From Candidatus Methylomirabilota bacterium (GTDB lineage Bacteria; Methylomirabilota; Methylomirabilia; Rokubacteriales; CSP1-6), in NCBI GenBank assembly GCA_046726415.1, contig JBKPAK010000352.1, forward strand, positions 1-22,888: a DNA stretch of 22,888 bases, written 5' to 3'. Below the pieces are notes generated by a model. It saw nothing but the letters and a program-made list of their open reading frames with translations. It did no database searches and had not been told where the DNA came from. A program made the position numbers and the translations under genes. This document shows, one piece after another, positions 16,047-22,888 of the stretch (the stretch's first letter is position 1; each line of letters begins with the position of its first letter).

Positions 16047-17504
16047 ATGAAGCGCTGTTTGCGGGATCTGCTCGGCCCCGTCGCGCTCGTGCTGATCTCG
16101 GCCATTCCGGCCGCCGCCCTGGACGAACCCGACCGCCTCTGGCTCGTCGGTCAACGCGCCTTCGCCGACGGACTCTACCCGCTGGCGCGCAACGTCCTCG
16201 GACGGTTCGTCGCGGACTATCCGACCGATCCACGACTGGCCGAAGCCACCTTCCTCCTGGGCAAAACGCGCCTGGCATTGGGTGAGACCGAGAGCGCGCT
16301 CGGCCTGTTCCGCCGCGCGCAAACATTCGACCCGGCTCCACCGTGGCGCATCGAGGCCCGATTCTGGGAGGGCGAGGCGCTCTTCCGGCTCAAACGGTAT
16401 CCCGACGCGCGCGCCGCCTACGACGACCTTCTGCGGACCAACGCGGCCTCGCCCCTGGCCGCCGACGCCCTCTACGGAATGGCGTTCGCGGATCTCGAGC
16501 TCGGACGGCGGGCGCAGGCCGCCGACGAGCTCGCCGAGTTCCTGAAGGCGTGGCCGCAGCACCCGCTGGTCCCCTCGGCGATCTATTACCAGGCCCGGGC
16601 GCTGGCCGATCTCAAGCGCTATTCCGAGGCGGTGGCGCTTCTAAGCGACTACGCCTCGAAGTATCCGGACGGCAAGCTGGTGGCGGACGCGAGCTACTTG
16701 CTGGGCTGGTCCCGCATTCAGGCCGGTGACACCAAGACGGGAGTTAGCGATCTGCGCGCATTCCTCGCCGCCCATCCGTCGCATCCCCAGGCCGCGGCAG
16801 CGCGCAAGGCCATTGGCGAGACACAGGCTCGCTCTGGCACCCGCGAGGACACGCTCGCCCAATACAAGTCGCTCATGGCGACCCAGCCACCCAGCCCCGA
16901 GGCATTTGCCGAGGCGGCGAATCTCGCCGGGCTCGCCGGACGAACGGCAGACCAGGAAGCCGCCTGGCGCAAGCTGCGGGCGACGTTTCCGGAGCATCGG
17001 CTCTCGCGCCAGGCGGCCTTCGATCTCGCCACCCGCGCTTTCCAGCGCAACGAGTGGAAGGACGCGGCGGCGCTCGCGCGGGCGGCTTCTGCCGACGAAA
17101 GCCTTCGGAGCGAAGCCCTTCTCCTGGCCGGAGAGTCGGAGCTGAAGCTCAAACGATATCCCGAGGCGCTCAAGGCGTTCGGAGCGGTGTCGGGCACCGA
17201 CGGCGTCGATCCGAAAGTCCGATATCGCGCGCTCGCCGGCTCGGGTTTGGCGCATGAGGCCCAGGAGGCCTGGCGGCCGGCGCTCACGGCCTACGAGGCG
17301 GTGGCCGAGCGGAGTCCCGACGCCACCCTGCGCACCTGGGCGCGCACGCGAGTGGCCGAGGTCAAGGCGCGCATCGGTGGCGCCCCGCAGAAGTCGCCGC
17401 CCGCCAAGTCCGAGACAAAGTCCGAAACGAAGTCCGAAACGAAGTCGGGCGCCAAGCCGCCGACCAAGTCGGACTCCACCACCAAGTCGGGAGGTCGGCA
17501 ATGA
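16047..17504 (+). CDS. Exported tetratricopeptide-repeat protein (BamD/CpoB-like repeats) with Lys/Ser/Thr-rich tail
   Basis: Signal peptide 'MKRC...ALVLISAIPAAA'. Repeated TPR units ('FVADYP...AEATFLLG', 'FLKAWP...SAIYYQA', 'SKYP...ADASYLLG'). TAAGAT 7 nt upstream supports start 16047. Confidence 0.82.
   Translation: MKRCLRDLLGPVALVLISAIPAAALDEPDRLWLVGQRAFADGLYPLARNVLGRFVADYPTDPRLAEATFLLGKTRLALGETESALGLFRRAQTFDPAPPWRIEARFWEGEALFRLKRYPDARAAYDDLLRTNAASPLAADALYGMAFADLELGRRAQAADELAEFLKAWPQHPLVPSAIYYQARALADLKRYSEAVALLSDYASKYPDGKLVADASYLLGWSRIQAGDTKTGVSDLRAFLAAHPSHPQAAAARKAIGETQARSGTREDTLAQYKSLMATQPPSPEAFAEAANLAGLAGRTADQEAAWRKLRATFPEHRLSRQAAFDLATRAFQRNEWKDAAALARAASADESLRSEALLLAGESELKLKRYPEALKAFGAVSGTDGVDPKVRYRALAGSGLAHEAQEAWRPALTAYEAVAERSPDATLRTWARTRVAEVKARIGGAPQKSPPAKSETKSETKSETKSGAKPPTKSDSTTKSGGRQ
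17406..17447 (+). repeat. In-frame 12-bp tandem repeat encoding (KSET)3KS
   Basis: AAGTCCGAGACA AAGTCCGAAACG AAGTCCGAAACG AAGTCG. Confidence 0.9.
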
Positions 17505-20500
17505 TCCGGCGCCGTTTCCGCTTCCTGGCCCTGGCCATGGTCGGGATTCTCGTTTCTGCGTGGTCAGGGTCTTCGGCAGCCGCCTCGCCGCCCGTACTTC
17601 CGCTGACTGCGCCCCCGCCGGATCTACTCGGGCTCCTCGAGTTCGTGGAGGCGCCGCTCGACAAGCCGCCCGTTCCCATCCCTGACGTGAAGCTCCCGGG
17701 CGCTCCAGAGGAGTTGCCGGTGCTCCCGCCGGCCCGGCTCGTCCTTCCAGCCGACAAGCCGATCGCCCCTCTGCCACCCGCTCGGGCGTTTGCGTGTGCC
17801 GGGACGTGGCTGGGCGTAGGCTCCGAATCGCTCCAGTGCGGGATCGCGCGCTATCACGAGGGCCGCTACGACGAGGCCGCCCGCGCATTCGAGCAGGCCG
17901 TGCGGCTGGCGGGTGACCGTCAAGACGTCGCCCGCACCGCTCGATACTGGCTCGGCGAAAGCTACTGGAAGCTGGACAGGGTCGAGCTTGCCGATCGCGC
18001 CTTCGCTCGGGTGGCGCAAGCCCCCGCCAACGACGGCCTCGACCACTGGGCCCTCGCGGCCAGTGGATGGACGGCGCTCCGCCTCGGCGACTTCGCGCGC
18101 GCCCGGGAGACCTTTGCGCGCCTGCTCGCGGCGCGGCCGGCCTATCCGCTCGACGCCTATGGGCGCTTCGGGCAGGCCCTTTCCCTCTACGCCCTCGGGC
18201 GTTATGAAGAGGCCGAGCGCGCGTGGAGCGAGACGACCGCCCAACGCCTGCCTCCTATGCTCCTGCGCGATGCGGCTTTCTGGAGCGGAGAAACGCTGTT
18301 CCGGGTCAAGAAGTACGACCGGGCGGCCGCCGAGCTCGGCCGGTTCGCCGCGCCCGGTCCTCATCCATTTCTGGAGACGGGGACGCTCCGGCGCGGCTGG
18401 GCGCTGTTGGCGGCCGGCAAATACGCGGACGCGGCTGCCCGCTTCCGCGAGGCACTGCGGTTTCCCGGCGATCCCAACGCGTCGGATGAGCGCGACTGGA
18501 AGCAAGCGGGCCTGGCCCTCGCGCTGCTTGGATCCGGCGATCTCGATGGCGCGCGGAGTGCGGCTCAGGAGCTGGCGCGCCGGCGCTCGAGACTGGCCAC
18601 GGCGGTGCAGCTCAAGCTACTGGACGCCGTGGTCGGGGCCAAACGGCCCGCCGATGCGGAGGCTCTCGCCCAGGAACTGCTGGCGGCGAATCTCGACGCA
18701 CACACCCGCGCGTGGGTCCTGCTGTTGAAGGGCGAGACCGCGCGGCTCGCCGGCAACATCGACGACGCGCGCACGCAGTATGATCTGGCGCGGACGGCAG
18801 CGCCTGGTCGCGAGACGGCACACTACGCCACCTTCAGGCTCGCGCAGGCCAACTTCGAGTTCCGGGAGTTCGCCCAGGCGGCCAAGGATAGTGCGGAGGT
18901 GGCCGGATCGGCGACCTCGCCCGATCTTCGCCAGGCCGCCCTGCTTCTGCAGGCCGAAGCGGCCTATGCGGCAGGAGACTACACGGCGGCGGACGCCGCG
19001 TACAGCCGGCTGCTGTCCGAGATGCCGCAGCACCCTCAGGTGTCCCTCCTGCGCTTCGCGGCAGCCTGGGCGGCGCTCCGACGCGGCGAACGGAGCGAGG
19101 CCCAGCGGCGCTTCACCGACTTCGCGGCGGCGTATCCGTCCGACCCGCGCCGGCCCGATGCGCTCGTCCTCGCCTCCGAGCTTGCCCTCAGGTCGGGTGA
19201 CGTCGAAGCGGCGCGGCGCGCGCTCGACCTCGTTATCAATGAGTACCCGGCGAACCCCCGCACGCAATTTGCGCGCCTCAACCGAGGCATCCTGCTGGCC
19301 CGTACCGGCAATCTCCCCGCGGCCCAGCGGGAGATCTCGGACTGGCTGGCGCGCTCGCCGTTTCCGCCCTTGGTCGGGCGCGCGCGCGCCGCGCTCGGCG
19401 CGGTGCAGCTCAGCGCGGGGCGTCCAGCCGATGCCGCGCGTGAGTTCATGGCCGCCCGGAAAGAGGGCATGGACGCTCTCCCGGCCCTCGGCCTGGGCTC
19501 GGTGGCTCTCGGGCAAGGCCGCTGGGACGATGCCGAGCGAGAGCTCAAGGAAGCCAGCGCCGGCGGGAAAGCTGCCGTCGCGGCCGCCGCCGACTACGGG
19601 CTCGCCGTCGTGGCGCTTCAGCGGGGCAACGCGGCCGGGTTCAAGAACACCGCCACGCAGGCCCTCGATGCCGCGCCGTCGGGGCCGGGAGCACCACGCC
19701 TGCTGTACGTCATTGCCGGGTTGGCCGCCCAGGAGAAGGACTGGCCGGCTGCTCTCGCTGCCGCCAAGCGGCTCGTCGCGCAGTTCAAGGATGCGGACGT
19801 GGCCGACGACGCGCTGGAGCGCATCGTCGAGGCGGCTGCGCAGGCCAAGGCCTGGCCTGTCGTGTCCGAGGCATACCAGCTCCTTCGCCAGCAGTATCCG
19901 CGGAGTCCGTTCGTCGAGGGTTCGCGCGTGCTGTTCGCCGAGGCCGAGCTGGAGAACGGGCGACCGGACGTAGCGCGGCGCGAGCTGGAACCAATCGTGG
20001 CCCAGCAGCCGTCGGCCGAAGGTGGGCGGGCGCTGGTGGTGCTCGCGCGGGCGCGCGAAGCGACCGGCGACCGCGCCGGCGCCCTCGACGCATACTCGCG
20101 CGCCGCGCAGTCGGGAGCGGTCGCCGGTGCTGGCGGCGAGGCGGTGCTTCATCAGGCTCGTCTCCTCCTCGACGAAAAGAAGTGGGGCGAGGCGCGAGGT
20201 GTTCTGGAGCCTCGGCTGAAGACGTCTGACGGGGCGACGGCCGCGGACGTCGCCCAAGCCCTCGGCAGGAGCTACGAGGGCGACGGCAACCATCAGGCCG
20301 CGGTGGAGTACTACATGACGGCCGCCTATCTTGCTCCCGAATCGCCCGCCGGTCGCCAATCGATGATCGGTGCCGCCAAGAGCTTCGTGGCGCTCAAGCA
20401 GCCCGAGTCCGCGGCGATCGTCTATCGCAAGGTGCTGGCGCAGGCGGACGTCCCGGCGGATGTGGCCGACGCCGCGCGCCAGGGACTGGCCGCCCTGGGG

Positions 20501-20509
20501 CGGCCCTGA
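17501..20509 (+). CDS. Large exported TPR solenoid protein (1002 aa) with Pro-rich linker
   Basis: Arg-rich, hydrophobic signal 'MIRRRFRFLALAMVGILVSA', Pro-rich segment, then TPRs throughout ('ARYWLGESY', 'AAFWSGETLF', 'ATFRLAQANF'). ATGA overlap with the upstream TPR gene. Confidence 0.85.
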   Translation: MIRRRFRFLALAMVGILVSAWSGSSAAASPPVLPLTAPPPDLLGLLEFVEAPLDKPPVPIPDVKLPGAPEELPVLPPARLVLPADKPIAPLPPARAFACAGTWLGVGSESLQCGIARYHEGRYDEAARAFEQAVRLAGDRQDVARTARYWLGESYWKLDRVELADRAFARVAQAPANDGLDHWALAASGWTALRLGDFARARETFARLLAARPAYPLDAYGRFGQALSLYALGRYEEAERAWSETTAQRLPPMLLRDAAFWSGETLFRVKKYDRAAAELGRFAAPGPHPFLETGTLRRGWALLAAGKYADAAARFREALRFPGDPNASDERDWKQAGLALALLGSGDLDGARSAAQELARRRSRLATAVQLKLLDAVVGAKRPADAEALAQELLAANLDAHTRAWVLLLKGETARLAGNIDDARTQYDLARTAAPGRETAHYATFRLAQANFEFREFAQAAKDSAEVAGSATSPDLRQAALLLQAEAAYAAGDYTAADAAYSRLLSEMPQHPQVSLLRFAAAWAALRRGERSEAQRRFTDFAAAYPSDPRRPDALVLASELALRSGDVEAARRALDLVINEYPANPRTQFARLNRGILLARTGNLPAAQREISDWLARSPFPPLVGRARAALGAVQLSAGRPADAAREFMAARKEGMDALPALGLGSVALGQGRWDDAERELKEASAGGKAAVAAAADYGLAVVALQRGNAAGFKNTATQALDAAPSGPGAPRLLYVIAGLAAQEKDWPAALAAAKRLVAQFKDADVADDALERIVEAAAQAKAWPVVSEAYQLLRQQYPRSPFVEGSRVLFAEAELENGRPDVARRELEPIVAQQPSAEGGRALVVLARAREATGDRAGALDAYSRAAQSGAVAGAGGEAVLHQARLLLDEKKWGEARGVLEPRLKTSDGATAADVAQALGRSYEGDGNHQAAVEYYMTAAYLAPESPAGRQSMIGAAKSFVALKQPESAAIVYRKVLAQADVPADVADAARQGLAALGRP

Positions 20510-20529
20510 GGGCATCGACCAGGACACCT

Positions 20530-22353
20530 ATGAGAGGCTACGGAGGCCGGCAGCTCTTCGTCGATCTGAGCCGCGGGGCGTCGTGGAGCGAGCCGCTCGA
20601 GGAATCCACCGCGCGTGCCTTTCTGGGCGGCAACGGGCTGGCGGCGCGGATCCTCTACGAGCGGGTGCCGGCGCGCACGGACGCCTTCGATCCCGCGAAC
20701 GCCATCGTGTTCAGCGTGGGACCGATTACCGACACGACGGTGCCTGGCAACAGCCGCGCTTGCGTGGCCGCCAAATCGCCGCTGACCGACCTCTTCTTCG
20801 ATTCCACCTTCGGCGGCCGATGGCCGGCGACCTTCAAACGCACGGGCTTCGACACCCTCTGCATCGGCGGGGCCGCGCCAGCTCCATCGTACCTGTGCGT
20901 CACCGAGACGGGGGTCGAGGTCAAGGCGGCCGAGCGCCTGTGGGGCAAGACCACGCGCGAGACCGTTCAGGCCCTGCTCGACGCAGAGGGTGGCGAGGCT
21001 GATGTCATCGCCATCGGCCCCGCGGGCGAACACCGGGTTCGCTTCGCGTGCCTGACGCACTACTGGAAGAACCGCGAAGCCGTGGCGGGCCGCGGCGGCA
21101 TCGCCGCCGTGCTGGGCGCCAAGAACATCAAGGCCGTCGTGGTGAAGGGGACGCGCAAGACCGAGGTCGCCGATCCGGCCCGGCTGAAGGCGCTCGTCGA
21201 GGAGACGCGCGAGCCCCTCAAGACGGGGACGAAAGCGCTCGCGGCCTTCGGCACGCCGTTCCTCGTGGGACCCATCAATGCCTTGGGCGCGCTGGGGGCC
21301 TACAACCTCAGGCAGGAGACCTTTGCCGACGCGCGTCTGGTCTCCGGCGAAGACATGAAGGAGCACTACCACGACCGCGACACCACCTGCCTCAAGTGTC
21401 CGGTCGCATGTGGCAAGCAGTACGCCATCCGCGAAGGCGAGTTCGCGGGCACGCGAGCAAAGATGCCCGAGTACGAGTCGATCTTCGCCCTGGGTCCCAT
21501 GCTGGGCAACGCCCATCCAGAATCGCTGATCGTGGCCAACGACCTCTGCGACACGCTCGGGCTCGACACCATCTCGATGGGGGTAGCGCTCGCCTTCGTG
21601 GCGGAGGCGGTGGAGCGCGGCTGGCTCACCGCGTCGGACCTCGGCATGCCCTTCGCCTGGGGGGACTGGCGGGGCATGCTGAGACTGGTGGAGATGACCG
21701 CGCGTCGTGAGGGCTTCGGCGATCGCCTGGCCGAAGGTGCGTGGAGGCTGGCCGAGTCGGTCCATCCCGAGGCGACCAGGCTCGTCTACGCGGTGAAGCG
21801 CCTGGAGCTGCCGGCGCACTCGGCCCGCGCCCTCAAGGGACTCGCCATTGGGTACGCCACGGCCACGCGCGGGGGCAGCCACCACGACACGCGGCCGACG
21901 CCGCAGTATGCGCCGGGCTTCGATCGGCGCTCCACCAGGGACAAACCGTCCTTCGCCGTGCGGAGCCAGCACTTCACGGCGGTCGGCGATTCCCTGGTGA
22001 TGTGCCGCTTCACGTCGGAGCGCGGCTTCGGCCTGTTCGTCGGCGAGCCCTACGCGACCATGGTCGCGGCCGTGACCGGATGGGACGTGACGGCCGAGGA
22101 GCTGGAGCGGGTGGGAGAGCGCATCATCAATCTCGAGCGACTCTTCAACGTCCGCGAGGGCGTACGCCGTCGGGACGACGTGTTGCCGTGGCGAGTCATG
22201 CACGAGCCAATTCCCGACGGTCCCTCGGCCGGGATGCACTGCCCGCCCGACGAGCTGAACGCCATGCTGGACGAGTACTACGGTCTACGTGGCTGGGACC
22301 ACGACGGCGTGCCAACCGCGGAGCGACAGGCCGCCCTCGGTCTGCGCGTGTAG
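20530..22353 (+). CDS. Aldehyde:ferredoxin oxidoreductase family (tungstopterin) protein
   Basis: 'FLGGNGLA', 'KSPLT', 'IGPAGE', 'AGRGG.AAVLGAKNIKAV', Fe-S 'CLKCPVACG', 'PEYES', pterin-binding 'DTLGLDTIS' and 'DSLVMCRF', and 'ERLFNVREG', 'YYGLRGWD..GVP'. Confidence 0.93.
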   Translation: MRGYGGRQLFVDLSRGASWSEPLEESTARAFLGGNGLAARILYERVPARTDAFDPANAIVFSVGPITDTTVPGNSRACVAAKSPLTDLFFDSTFGGRWPATFKRTGFDTLCIGGAAPAPSYLCVTETGVEVKAAERLWGKTTRETVQALLDAEGGEADVIAIGPAGEHRVRFACLTHYWKNREAVAGRGGIAAVLGAKNIKAVVVKGTRKTEVADPARLKALVEETREPLKTGTKALAAFGTPFLVGPINALGALGAYNLRQETFADARLVSGEDMKEHYHDRDTTCLKCPVACGKQYAIREGEFAGTRAKMPEYESIFALGPMLGNAHPESLIVANDLCDTLGLDTISMGVALAFVAEAVERGWLTASDLGMPFAWGDWRGMLRLVEMTARREGFGDRLAEGAWRLAESVHPEATRLVYAVKRLELPAHSARALKGLAIGYATATRGGSHHDTRPTPQYAPGFDRRSTRDKPSFAVRSQHFTAVGDSLVMCRFTSERGFGLFVGEPYATMVAAVTGWDVTAEELERVGERIINLERLFNVREGVRRRDDVLPWRVMHEPIPDGPSAGMHCPPDELNAMLDEYYGLRGWDHDGVPTAERQAALGLRV

Positions 22354-22551
22354 TGAGATTGGGGGCCTCGCGCGGGCCCCCCAAACCGCCCGACGCTCGG
22401 CTCAGCCGAGGCGCCCGCTCGGCCTCGCGCGGGGTTAGGAGGCCCGACGAAGCGCCGGTCCGGGTCCGTCTCACTAAAGCCGGGGGCCGCCCGACCTCGC
22501 GCGAGATTGGGAGGCCTCGGCGAAGCGCGCGCCCGGGTCCGTCTCACTAAA
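22351..22551. repeat. Palindromic MITE/REP-like element with terminal inverted repeats and a ~73-bp duplicated right half
   Basis: TAGTGAGA (22351-22358) is inverted to TCTCACTA (22469-22476 and again 22542-22549). Internal hairpins GGGGGCC/GGCCCCC (22361-22381) and CTCGGC/GCCGAG (22396-22410). Direct repeat 22415-22478 vs 22487-22551. Confidence 0.8.
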
Positions 22552-22806
22552 ACCCGGAGATCTTGAAGAGCAGGAAGGCGAACGCGCCGCGCGAGGAGTT
22601 TTAACCGAAGAGATGCGGTCCTGGTAGCGATCGTATCCGCCCTCGTGGGTGAGCTGCGCAACCGACTCGTTCGGACGCATCCGGGCCATGGTCTACACCC
22701 GGCCGACGCGCCGCGAGCCATCGCGGTGCTCAATGCGCCCAGCCACGAAAGACGGAGATCCTGATCGCGGGTCCTTCTTCCACGAGGCCCGGCCTGGACG
22801 CCGTGC

Positions 22807-22888
22807 CTAGAAGCGAAAGAGCTTCGCCGCGTTGTCCGCGGTGATCTTGCGCCGGTCCTCGTCGGGCGTGCCGGCGAAGATGCGATCT
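22807..22888 (-). CDS. Amidohydrolase_2-family protein, C-terminal fragment (partial)
   Basis: Translation '...DRIFAGTPDEDRRKITADNAAKLFRF*' matches the typical KI...NAA.L terminus of that family. Only 26 residues are visible. Confidence 0.65.
   Translation of the reverse strand, partial: DRIFAGTPDEDRRKITADNAAKLFRF

Noticed and set aside
100..22239. Long alternative ORFs in the track (e.g. 100-969+, 2345-3916+, 3783-5522+, 5535-6755+, 18617-20527-, 20422-22239-)
   Set aside because: They are antisense or shifted shadows of well-supported genes. Long stop-free frames are expected at high GC, and the translations are Arg/Gly/Pro-rich with no motifs.
20530..22353. AOR as part of polyamine (aminoaldehyde) catabolism
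   Set aside because: It lies 11 kb from the polyamine genes, separated by unrelated housekeeping genes, and there is no sequence evidence for its substrate.
22359..22384. Intrinsic terminator after AOR
   Set aside because: A strong hairpin, but with no U-tract after it on either strand. It belongs to the repeat element.
22474..22689. 71-aa minus-strand ORF as a small protein
   Set aside because: No recognisable motif or clear RBS, and its last third is translated repeat sequence. The 22552-22806 spacer remains unexplained and may hold degraded gene fragments.

Overview
High-GC bacterial chromosomal window, mostly housekeeping, with no phage, IS transposase, CRISPR, rRNA or tRNA. The gene content and intergenic repeat style tentatively suggest Rokubacteria/Methylomirabilota. 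Left to right: a minus-strand tripartite efflux set (HlyD adaptor, outer-membrane factor, partial DHA2-type MFS), an RlmI-like methyltransferase, a palindromic tandem repeat beside a kinase gene remnant, then a divergent polyamine locus. Its left arm is pyruvoyl arginine decarboxylase, an agmatinase-like ureohydrolase and a SAM methyltransferase. Its right arm is AdoMet decarboxylase, an aminopropyltransferase and Maf. After that come an orphan SsuA/THI5-type binding protein, an EndoIII-related glycosylase, murG, ddl, rarA, a HAD hydrolase, two exported TPR proteins, a tungsten-type aldehyde:ferredoxin oxidoreductase, a second copy of the repeat family and the 3' end of an amidohydrolase. The polyamine locus is the best candidate for an undescribed system. 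An amine-N-methyltransferase-like gene is translationally coupled to a ureohydrolase whose conserved active-site His is replaced by Tyr. The two arms are driven from a ~52-bp dyad-symmetric double promoter, and speD has a structured leader with a TTG start and an overlapping mini-ORF. All functional calls come from motif recognition only; no searches were run.
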